Shown here: positions 18,553 through 26,448 of the stretch, one piece after another
How the letters are laid out: the number at the start of each line of letters is the position of its first letter
Position numbering within the stretch: position 1 is the stretch's first letter
NCBI GenBank assembly: GCA_964564595.1
Contig: CAZMCA010000003.1
Coordinates: forward strand, 1 to 61,993
Length of the DNA stretch: 61,993 nucleotides
DNA from: an uncultured Caulobacteraceae bacterium
GTDB taxonomy: Bacteria; Pseudomonadota; Alphaproteobacteria; Caulobacterales; Aquidulcibacteraceae
Reading direction: 5' to 3'
The notes under the pieces: generated by a model
The model's database searches: none
What the model was told of the DNA's origin: nothing
The model's input: only the letters and a program-made list of their open reading frames with translations
Position numbers and translations under genes: made by a program

Positions 18553-19397
18553 CCGATCAAGCGCGCACGCCGCACTTCGAATACGTCTCGGCCGAGGGCC
18601 GCACGGTGCGCGCCGCGCTGTGGCGCGCGCCAAGCCCGGCCGCCGGCGTGAAAGCGCCGCCGATCCTGTTTTTCAACGGCATTGGCGCGAATATCGAGCT
18701 GATGGCGCCGCTCGCGGCATGGTTTCCCGAGCGCGATATTCTGACGTTCGACATGCCGGGCGTTGGCGGCTCGCCCCCGCCCACCTTGCCCTACCGCCCG
18801 TGGATGATCGCGCGGCTCGCCGCGAAACTTCTCGATCATTTCGGGTTTCGCGACTGCGATGTGATCGGCGTCTCGTGGGGCGGCGGGCTCGCGCAGCAAT
18901 TTGCGCTGCAGCACGGCAAACGCGTGCGCAAACTCATTCTGGCCGCGACATCGACAGGCGCCCTCATGGTGCCGGGCGATGTGCGCACGCTTTCGAAAAT
19001 GGCCTCGCCGCGCCGCTACTTCGATCCAAAATATATGCGCGAGCACTTCGAGACGCTGTACGGCGATGAAGTCGGCGGCGGCGAAGGCCATCTTGGGCGC
19101 ATCTCGCCGCCAACGCGCATCGGCTATCTCTATCAGCTCGCGGCGATGATCGGATGGACGAGCGCGCACTTCCTGCCGTTCATCAAGCAACCGACTCTCG
19201 TACTGATGGGCGATAGAGATTCTATCGTGCCGTTGATCAATGGTCGCATCCTCGCGCGTCTTTTGCCGCGCGCCCGGCTTGAAATCATCGAAGGCGCCGG
19301 TCACTTGTTCCTGGTGACGAAAGCCGAAGAATCCGCACGGCGCATCCGCGCCTTCCTCGAAGAACCGGCTGCCGCTGCGTCAGCGCGCGGCGTCTGA
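18549..19397 (+). CDS. phaZ: intracellular poly(3-hydroxyalkanoate) depolymerase (alpha/beta hydrolase)
   Basis: 'ILFFNGIGANIELM', 'FDMPGVGGS', nucleophile elbow 'GVSWGGGLAQQFA', 'KMASPRRY' and 'QPTLVLMGDRDSIVPLIN' parallel Pseudomonas PhaZ. ATGA overlap with phaC. Confidence 0.85.
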   Translation: MTDQARTPHFEYVSAEGRTVRAALWRAPSPAAGVKAPPILFFNGIGANIELMAPLAAWFPERDILTFDMPGVGGSPPPTLPYRPWMIARLAAKLLDHFGFRDCDVIGVSWGGGLAQQFALQHGKRVRKLILAATSTGALMVPGDVRTLSKMASPRRYFDPKYMREHFETLYGDEVGGGEGHLGRISPPTRIGYLYQLAAMIGWTSAHFLPFIKQPTLVLMGDRDSIVPLINGRILARLLPRARLEIIEGAGHLFLVTKAEESARRIRAFLEEPAAAASARGV

Positions 19398-20749
19398 TGA
19401 CGGACGCGACGGCGCACACGCATCCGCTGCTTGTTTCGCCGCCGCTGCCGACGTTGTTGCGGCTCGCAGCGCCGAACGCTCTTGCGATGGGCGCATCCAC
19501 CGTCGTTTCCATCGCCGAGACTGCTTACATCGGCGCGCTTGGCGCAGCGCCGCTCGCGGCCGCCGCGCTCGTCTTTCCGATGATCATGCTGATGAACATG
19601 ATGTCGGGCGGCGCGATGGGCGGCGGCGTTTCCTCCGCGATCAGCCGCGCGCTCGGCGCCGGCGCGCATGCGCGTGCGGAAGATCTGGCGCGGCACGCCG
19701 CGTATCTCGGCTTCGGACTAGGCTTCACGTTCCTTGTGCTGATGCTCGCGCTCGGGCGCCCGCTCTACGCGCTGCTTGGCGGCCGAGGCGACGCGCTGGC
19801 CGCGGCGATCGGCTATTCGGGCATCGTGTTCTTCGCGGCGGTGAACATCTGGCTCGCCGCGATGTTCTCGTCGATCCTGCGCGCGCAAGGCGACATGCTC
19901 TCGCCCTCAATGACGCTGCTGGCCGCGGCCGTCGTGCAGATCGCGCTTGGCGGCGCGCTGTGCTTTGGGCTCGGGCCGTTTCCACAGCTTGGCATTGCCG
20001 GCGTCGCTCTTGGGCAAGTGATCTCGACTGGGTTGAGCGCGCTGGTGATGTTCGCCCTGCTTCGGCGCGAGCGTGCGGCAGTGAAACTGCGTCTTGGCGG
20101 TCCGCTGCGCGCCGATCTCTTTGCGGATATTCTGCGCGTCGGGCTACCGGCGTGCCTGTCGCCGATTCAATCGGTGTTGACGGTGCTTGTGGTCACGGCC
20201 GTGGCCGCGCGCTTCGGCACGGAAACGCTGGCGGGCTACGGCATCGGCGCGCGGCTGGAGTTTCTGCTGATCCCGATCGCGTTTGCATTCGGCGTCGCGT
20301 CGTTGCCGATGGTTGGGCTTGCGGTGGGCGCTGGCGATATCGCGCGCGCACGGCGCGTGGCGTGGACGGCGGGCGCGCTCGCTGGGGCGATCGTCGGCGT
20401 GCTCGGGATCATCGTTGCGCTCTTTCCCGATCTTTGGGCGCGCATCTTCACCGACAACCAGGCCATCCGCGATGCGACGGCCGGCTATCTGCGCATCGTC
20501 GGCCCGTGCTTCTCTGTCTTCGGCGTCGGGCTTGCGCTCTATTTCTCTTCGCAAGGCGCGGGGCGCGTGCTGGGGCCGATCCTTGCCGGCACGGCGCGGC
20601 TCGTCGTCGTTGCGCTCGGCGGCTGGTATCTCATCGCGACCGACGCGCCGGCCTGGGGCCTCTTTGCCGTCGTCGCGCTCGGCATGCTGGCCTATGGCGG
20701 CGGCACAGCGCTCTCGGTGCTGCTGACGCCCTGGCGCAAGCCCGCCTGA
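19397..20749 (+). CDS. MATE family efflux transporter
   Basis: 450 aa with about 12 TM segments. N-terminal 'LLRLAAPNALAMGASTVVSIAETAYIGALG' is typical of MATE/NorM. The start overlaps the phaZ stop by 1 nt (TGATG). Confidence 0.8.
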   Translation: MTDATAHTHPLLVSPPLPTLLRLAAPNALAMGASTVVSIAETAYIGALGAAPLAAAALVFPMIMLMNMMSGGAMGGGVSSAISRALGAGAHARAEDLARHAAYLGFGLGFTFLVLMLALGRPLYALLGGRGDALAAAIGYSGIVFFAAVNIWLAAMFSSILRAQGDMLSPSMTLLAAAVVQIALGGALCFGLGPFPQLGIAGVALGQVISTGLSALVMFALLRRERAAVKLRLGGPLRADLFADILRVGLPACLSPIQSVLTVLVVTAVAARFGTETLAGYGIGARLEFLLIPIAFAFGVASLPMVGLAVGAGDIARARRVAWTAGALAGAIVGVLGIIVALFPDLWARIFTDNQAIRDATAGYLRIVGPCFSVFGVGLALYFSSQGAGRVLGPILAGTARLVVVALGGWYLIATDAPAWGLFAVVALGMLAYGGGTALSVLLTPWRKPA

Positions 20750-20812
20750 CCCTATGATTTTGCGGCTATTTTCAACGCGCCCGCGCGCCTTGACGCCTGC
20801 GGCAAGGGCTCT

Positions 20813-20833
20813 TTAGTATGTGTCACAAACTAT
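20813..20833. promoter_or_regulatory. AT-rich dyad family, site 2 (TTAGTATGTGTCACAAACTAT), upstream of the fadB-like gene
   Basis: Inverted repeat TAGTATGTG-T-CACAAACTA. It overlaps the -10 of a TTGACG-N18-TAGTAT promoter-like element (20790-20819). Confidence 0.5.
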
Positions 20834-20888
20834 ACGTGGCATGACCTGTCTTTGAGGCCGGCGCGCCCGACTTCATGGGGGCCGGCCA

Positions 20889-22985
20889 ATGACCGTGCAA
20901 TACGACGTCCAAGATTCCATCGCGATCCTCACCATCGACCGGCCGCCGGTGAACGCGATTGACGTGAACTTGCGCAAGGGCTTGTGCGACGGGGTGCGCA
21001 AAGCGAGCGCCGATAGCGCCGTGCGCGCGATTTTCATTTGCGCGGCGGGGCGCACGTTTCTCTCTGGCGCCGATCTTTCCGAGTTCGACACGCCCATCGC
21101 CGATCCCGGCTATTACGAAACGCTCGCTCTGATCGAAGCATGCGAGAAACCCGTGATCGTTGCGCTGCATGGCACAGCGCTCGGCGGCGGATTGGAGACG
21201 GCGCTGGCGTGCCACTATCGCTGCGCCGTGCCCGACGCGCGCATGGGCTTTCCGGAAATCACGCTCGGCATCGTGCCGGGCGCGGGCGGCACGCAACGGC
21301 TGCCGCGGCTGGTGGGCGCCGCGAAGACACTCGACTTCATGCTTTCAGGCGCGCCGTTTGGCGCAGAGGAAGCGTTGGCGCTGGGCGTGATCGACAAGAT
21401 CGTCCCAACGCCGCGCGAAGGCGGCCTCGCCTACGCGAAGGACTTGGTCGCGCAAGGCGCAAAGCCGCGCCGCACGGGCGATCGCGCGGTCGATGCGGGG
21501 GGCTTTGACGAAGCGGGCATTGCCGCGCTCTTCAAGAAGCACGAACGCGGCCTCAATGGCCGCTCCACGCAGCACGCAATTCTCGCCGCGATCCGCGCGT
21601 CCGTCGAGAGCAGCTTCGCGGACGGCCTGAAGCGCGAGGACGAACTTTCACGCGCCTCGCTTCTGACGCGCGAATCGCAGGCGTTACGCCACATCTTCTT
21701 TGCGGAGCGTGACGTCGCGAAGATTCCAGGCCTGCCGCCGACGAAGGCGCTGCCGATCGAGCGCGCAGCGGTCGTCGGCGCGGGCACGATGGGCGGCGGC
21801 ATCGCGATGTCGTTCGCCAATTCCGGCGTGCCGGTGACGCTGATCGAGGTGAGCCAAGACGCGCTCGACCGCGGCATGAAGACCATTCGCGCGAACTACG
21901 ACGAGACGGTCAAGCGTGGGCGGCTGACGGAATCGGAACGCGACGCACGCCTCGCACTGATCGGCGGCGCGCTCGATGCGAACGGCGCGAAGGACGCAGA
22001 TGTCGCGGTTGAAGCCGTGTTCGAGAACATGGCGCTGAAGAAGTCCATTCTCGCGAACCTCGACAAAGCGATGAAGCCAAGCGCGATCATCGCCTCCAAC
22101 ACATCGACGCTTTCTTTGAAAGAGCTCGCGAGCGCGACGAAGCGCCCAGACAAAGTCGTCGGTCTCCACTTCTTCTCGCCCGCGCACATCATGCGCCTCT
22201 TGGAAATCGTGCGCTACGAAGCAACGACACCGGAAACGCTGGTCACGGCTCTCGATGTGGCGCGCAAGTTGCGGAAAACGGGCGTCGTCTCCGGGGATGC
22301 GTTCGGCTTCATCGGCAACAAGATGATGCAAGACGGCTATTTCCGCGAAGCCGAGCAGATGCTGCTGGAAGGCGCCCCGCCTGAGCAGATCGATCGCGTG
22401 ATGGAAGCATTCGGCTTCGCGATGGGCCCGAACCGCGTGAACGACATGGCGGGCGTCGATGTCGGCACGCTGGTGCGCCAGGAACTCGCGACGCGCGAGA
22501 CGCGGCCCGATCCGTACTTCGTTGTATCTGACGCGCTGACGCCGCTCGGGCGGCTTGGCCAGAAGACCGGCAAGGGCGTCTATCGCTACGAGCCCGGCGA
22601 TCGCACCGCGCACCCCGATCCGGAAGTCACCGCGCTAATCGAGCGTCTGGCGGCCGAGCGGCAGATCAAGCGCGGGCCGATCTCGGATGCGGAGATCGAG
22701 GAGCGCTGCATTCTGCCGCTCATCAACACGGGCGCTGACCTCCTCGCGAACGGCATCGCGTATCGCGCGGCGGATATCGATGTGGTGTGGACGAGCGGCT
22801 ACGGCTTCCCGCGCCACCTGGGCGGACCGATGTTCTATGGCGATACGCTGGGGCTGAAGAACGTGCTCGCGCGCGTCGAGGCCTACCATGCCAAGCATGG
22901 CCATTACTGGACGCCTTCGCCGCTGCTGATCGAACTCGCGAAAGCCGGCAAGACGTTCGCCGACTACGATAAGGGCCGCAGCTAG
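20889..22985 (+). CDS. bifunctional enoyl-CoA hydratase / 3-hydroxyacyl-CoA dehydrogenase (FadB/FadJ-like)
   Basis: N-terminal crotonase fold ('AAGRTFLSGADLSEF', 'ALHGTALGGGLETAL'), then the NAD-binding 'VVGAGTMGGGIAMSFA' 3-hydroxyacyl-CoA dehydrogenase domain. 698 aa. Confidence 0.9.
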   Translation: MTVQYDVQDSIAILTIDRPPVNAIDVNLRKGLCDGVRKASADSAVRAIFICAAGRTFLSGADLSEFDTPIADPGYYETLALIEACEKPVIVALHGTALGGGLETALACHYRCAVPDARMGFPEITLGIVPGAGGTQRLPRLVGAAKTLDFMLSGAPFGAEEALALGVIDKIVPTPREGGLAYAKDLVAQGAKPRRTGDRAVDAGGFDEAGIAALFKKHERGLNGRSTQHAILAAIRASVESSFADGLKREDELSRASLLTRESQALRHIFFAERDVAKIPGLPPTKALPIERAAVVGAGTMGGGIAMSFANSGVPVTLIEVSQDALDRGMKTIRANYDETVKRGRLTESERDARLALIGGALDANGAKDADVAVEAVFENMALKKSILANLDKAMKPSAIIASNTSTLSLKELASATKRPDKVVGLHFFSPAHIMRLLEIVRYEATTPETLVTALDVARKLRKTGVVSGDAFGFIGNKMMQDGYFREAEQMLLEGAPPEQIDRVMEAFGFAMGPNRVNDMAGVDVGTLVRQELATRETRPDPYFVVSDALTPLGRLGQKTGKGVYRYEPGDRTAHPDPEVTALIERLAAERQIKRGPISDAEIEERCILPLINTGADLLANGIAYRAADIDVVWTSGYGFPRHLGGPMFYGDTLGLKNVLARVEAYHAKHGHYWTPSPLLIELAKAGKTFADYDKGRS

Positions 22986-24001
22986 ACGCTGCCGCGCCGC
23001 ACCAGTTCGAAGCCGACATCGAACACCGCGCGTTCCGGCGCGCGGCCGGCGGCGCGATCGATCAAGATCTTCGCGGCGATGCGCCCGATCTCGGCGCCGT
23101 CGATGCGCACAGTGCTGAGCGCGGGCTCGGTGGACTCGGCAAATTCCAGATCGCCGAAGCCAAACACCGCGACATCTTCCGGCGTCTTGAAGCCGCGTTT
23201 TTGCGCCTCGATGAGCACGCCGTGCGCCTGCCAATCGGAACTGCAAAACACGCAATCGGGCGGCGCGCCATGCGCGCAGGCGGCTGCGAACGCTTCGCGC
23301 CCTTGCGCAAGGCTTGTGGGAACGGGAAAGGGCGCAGCGCTCGCGGTCGCTACGCCGCGCGCCTCCATCGCGGCGCGAAAGCCCTGCTCGCGCGCCAGCG
23401 CGCGCGGCGTGTTGGTGGAGAGCACGAGCGGCCGGCGCCGGCCCGCAGCATAAAGCGCTTGCGCGACCGCTTGCCCGACCGCCGTGTGCGAGAAACCAAC
23501 CGCAACGTCTATCGGCTCGGCCGGCAAGTCCCACGTTTCGATCACCGTAGCGCCCGTGCCGACGATGCGGCGCTTCAATTCACCTTCGCGCAAATTGCCG
23601 GTGACGATGATCGCCTCGGGCCGGCGCGCGAGAATCGTATCGACGACGCTCGCCATCCGCTCATCGCCGCCGCCCGAGAGCGAGAGCATCACCTGATAGT
23701 TCGCCTCCGCGAGCGCGACCGTCATGGACTCGACGGTTTCATTGAAGATCGAGCGCGCGATGTTCGGCACGATGGCCGCGACGAGCCGGCTGCGGTTCGA
23801 CGCGAGGCCACCGGCCATCAGGTTCGGCACATAACCGGTTTGCTTGATCGCATCCTGCACGCGCTCGAGCGTTTCGGGCGCCACGATCTGCGGCGTGTTC
23901 AAGACGCGTGAGACCGTTGCGGGTGAAACGCGCGCGAGGCGCGCCACCTCGTGCAATGTCGGGCGCGTCGTCTGAACGGCTGATCGATGCGGGGGGCTCA
24001 T
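22982..24001 (-). CDS. LacI family transcriptional regulator
   Basis: N-terminal HTH 'TLHEVARLARVSPATVSRVLN' followed by a periplasmic-binding-protein-like sugar-binding fold. 339 aa. Confidence 0.9.
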   Translation of the reverse strand: MSPPHRSAVQTTRPTLHEVARLARVSPATVSRVLNTPQIVAPETLERVQDAIKQTGYVPNLMAGGLASNRSRLVAAIVPNIARSIFNETVESMTVALAEANYQVMLSLSGGGDERMASVVDTILARRPEAIIVTGNLREGELKRRIVGTGATVIETWDLPAEPIDVAVGFSHTAVGQAVAQALYAAGRRRPLVLSTNTPRALAREQGFRAAMEARGVATASAAPFPVPTSLAQGREAFAAACAHGAPPDCVFCSSDWQAHGVLIEAQKRGFKTPEDVAVFGFGDLEFAESTEPALSTVRIDGAEIGRIAAKILIDRAAGRAPERAVFDVGFELVRRGSV

Positions 24002-24057
24002 TGCGCCGCGATTGAACAGCGCCCTGCCCCTTTAGCGCAAGCGCGTTCGCGCGAAAC

Positions 24058-24087
24058 GGTCCGCGCCGCGATCATGCGGCGCGGACC
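24058..24087 (-). terminator. hairpin (12-bp perfect stem GGTCCGCGCCGC/GCGGCGCGGACC, 6-nt loop) between the TonB-dependent receptor and lacI-family genes
   Basis: Perfect inverted repeat seen in the sequence. On the minus strand it is followed by G-TTT only, so the T-tract is weak. Confidence 0.45.
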
Positions 24088-24097
24088 ATACGCCCCA

Positions 24098-26248
24098 CTA
24101 TTGGCCGAACGAATACACGACCCGCGCCCCGTACTGGCGCGGCGCGCCGTAGAGAAGGCCGCCATCCGAGCTCGACGAGTTCTGAACTTGCGAGGCGATG
24201 TAGCGCTCATCAAGCAGGTTTTGGACAAACCCTTCGATGCGCCACGCGGCGTTCGGCTCATACGTAAGGCGCGCGTCCCACACGGTGCGGCCATCGACGC
24301 GCGTTGCAGCGCTCGGGAATGGCGTTGCGACCTGATCGGTCATCGCCGAGACCTGCAGGCGCGGCGTCAGCACGCTTTCGCCGAAGCGGAAATCGTACTG
24401 GATGCCGGCGCTGGCGGTCCATTCCGGGGAGAACGGGAGATCGCGGCCGACCGGCACGACTTCGTTCAAGCCGGACACCGTGTTTTGCAGCGTCGCAACT
24501 TCGGAGAACGTCGCATCAAGGTACGAAACGCCCGCATTCATCATGAGATCGCCGAACACGGCCTGCATTTCGAGCTCGGCGCCGGTCGCTTCGCCAGCGG
24601 CGGCGTTGCGCGTGCGCGGCGCACCGTTCACGAGCGCGGCGAACTGAATGTCTTCGTACTCGGACGAGAACACGTCGCCGTTAAGGCGGAAGCGCCCGTC
24701 AAGCAGCGTGGCCTTGAAGCCGATTTCGGTGACGAGGTTGGTTTCCGGCTCGAACAGCCCATCGGTGACGACGAGGTTGACGCCGCCCGCTTTGTAGCCG
24801 CGCGCGACCGACGCGTAGAACAGAAGATCTTCCGTCGGCGTGTAGTTGAGGGCCACACGGCCGGTCGTCGCGTCCGAATTGGCGACGCCGACGCCAGGGC
24901 CGCCTGGCGCAACAATGCGCGTATATTCTTGCGAGTCTTCCGAATAGCGCCCGCCGACGCTGAGTTCGAGCTGCGGCGTGAACGCGTAGGAAAACTGCCC
25001 GAAGAACGAGTCGGAGGAATTGTCCGCGTCGGTCATCGTCGTGTTGTTTGCGGGGAACACAGGCACGTCGCAGACCGGGCGGGCCGGAAGCGCGCAATTG
25101 AAGCGGCGCAGGAAGACCGGAATGTTCTCCTTCATCGAGAACGCGCCGATGACCCACTGGAACGGCCCATCGCCCGTCGAGACGATGTTCAATTCGTTGA
25201 TCAGCGTGTTGATGCGCGTGAGCGCGTAGCCGATGCGCGCGCCTTGCGGCGGGCTGGCGGGGCTGGCGGGCACGGAGCTCGTACGGTCGCCGTCCGCTTG
25301 GTCTTCGTTGTAGCTGTACTGATAGCTCGTCAGCCAGCGGATCTGCGCTTCTTCCCACGCATCCCAGCGCGCTTCGAACGTCGTGCGATAGCCGGTTTGC
25401 AGGTTGAACGAGCGGGCGTCCTCACGGATGCGGAAGGGCTCGGTATCGGGATCGTTACGATTTTTGATCGCGTTGTAATCGGTATCGCTGCGGAAATATT
25501 CGTGGCTCAGGTTGAACTGAATCTCGTCCATCGGCTGGAACAGCGCATGCACGCGGAAGCCGTGATAGAGCTGGTTGCCCGGCTCGGAGGGCGAGGAGCC
25601 GACGTTATCGGTGAAGCTGTCGCGCGTGTCGTAAATGCCGGCGACGCGGAGCGCGAGATTATTGCTCACCGGGATGTTGACGGCCCCGACGGTGCGGCTC
25701 AGCGCGTAGTCGCCGACGGTTTGATCGATGTAGCCGTTCCACACGCCCAATTCCGGCGCGCGCGAACGCACGTAGATCGCGCCGCCAGTGGAGTTCTGGC
25801 CCGACAGCGTGCCTTGCGGACCGCGCAGAATTTCGACCTGGCCGATATCGTAGAACGAACCGCCGATCGTCTGTTCGTGCGGGATCAGCGCGCCATTCAG
25901 ATAGTAGGCAACGCCCGGCGAGGAAGTCGGCGCCGATTGCGCGATGCCGACGCCGCGAATGTTGATGAACGTGGAGCGGTTGTAAGTGTTGATCGCGATG
26001 CTGGGGGAGACCTGCTGCAGATCCGACACGTTATCGACGCCTTGGCGCGAGAGCGCGTCCGCGTTGAGCACGGTGGCGGAGATCGGCACGTCCTGCAGGC
26101 TCTGCTCGCGCCGCTCGGCCGTGATCACCACGTCCTCGACGACGTTGGCGCTTTGGGCCTGCGCCGGCGCGGCGATCCCGGCCGCGAGCGCCAAAGTGGC
26201 CGAACCAAACAGGAATGCAGCCCGTGCGGGCTTCATCGAAGCAGTCAT
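24098..26248 (-). CDS. TonB-dependent receptor
   Basis: Signal peptide ending 'APAQAQ'. Plug region 'VVITAERREQSLQDVPISATVL' and 'VEILRGPQGTLSGQNSTGGAIYV'. C-terminal 'RVVYSFGQ'. GGGGAGGGA SD before the ATG at 26248. Confidence 0.9.
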   Translation of the reverse strand: MTASMKPARAAFLFGSATLALAAGIAAPAQAQSANVVEDVVITAERREQSLQDVPISATVLNADALSRQGVDNVSDLQQVSPSIAINTYNRSTFINIRGVGIAQSAPTSSPGVAYYLNGALIPHEQTIGGSFYDIGQVEILRGPQGTLSGQNSTGGAIYVRSRAPELGVWNGYIDQTVGDYALSRTVGAVNIPVSNNLALRVAGIYDTRDSFTDNVGSSPSEPGNQLYHGFRVHALFQPMDEIQFNLSHEYFRSDTDYNAIKNRNDPDTEPFRIREDARSFNLQTGYRTTFEARWDAWEEAQIRWLTSYQYSYNEDQADGDRTSSVPASPASPPQGARIGYALTRINTLINELNIVSTGDGPFQWVIGAFSMKENIPVFLRRFNCALPARPVCDVPVFPANNTTMTDADNSSDSFFGQFSYAFTPQLELSVGGRYSEDSQEYTRIVAPGGPGVGVANSDATTGRVALNYTPTEDLLFYASVARGYKAGGVNLVVTDGLFEPETNLVTEIGFKATLLDGRFRLNGDVFSSEYEDIQFAALVNGAPRTRNAAAGEATGAELEMQAVFGDLMMNAGVSYLDATFSEVATLQNTVSGLNEVVPVGRDLPFSPEWTASAGIQYDFRFGESVLTPRLQVSAMTDQVATPFPSAATRVDGRTVWDARLTYEPNAAWRIEGFVQNLLDERYIASQVQNSSSSDGGLLYGAPRQYGARVVYSFGQ

Positions 26249-26346
26249 GTTTCCCTCCCCGCGCGACTTCGCCCGGCAGACCGGCGCACCGATCCGCACG
26301 GCCCGAGCCGCTTGCGCAGCGTGAGGCTAGCCGCGCAGCGGCGCTA

Positions 26347-26360
26347 TGCAAGCGATTTCA
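26347..26360. promoter_or_regulatory. LacI-family operator-like palindrome TGCAAGCGATTTCA
   Basis: Fits the generic LacI/GalR consensus TGnAAnCGnTTnCA at every constrained position. It lies about 100 nt upstream of the TonB-dependent receptor gene whose downstream neighbour is the LacI gene. Confidence 0.55.
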
Positions 26361-26448
26361 GACGTGTCGCATACGATTATTCGGGCAAACGAATGGCCCT
26401 GTGCCAGCGGCGCCACACCGCGCTCAGCAGGAGATCGGGCGCTACGCC

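Noticed and set aside
16738-18633. 631-aa minus-strand ORF opposite phaC
   Set aside because: The plus-strand product aligns block by block with class II PHA synthases. The antisense ORF has no recognisable features.
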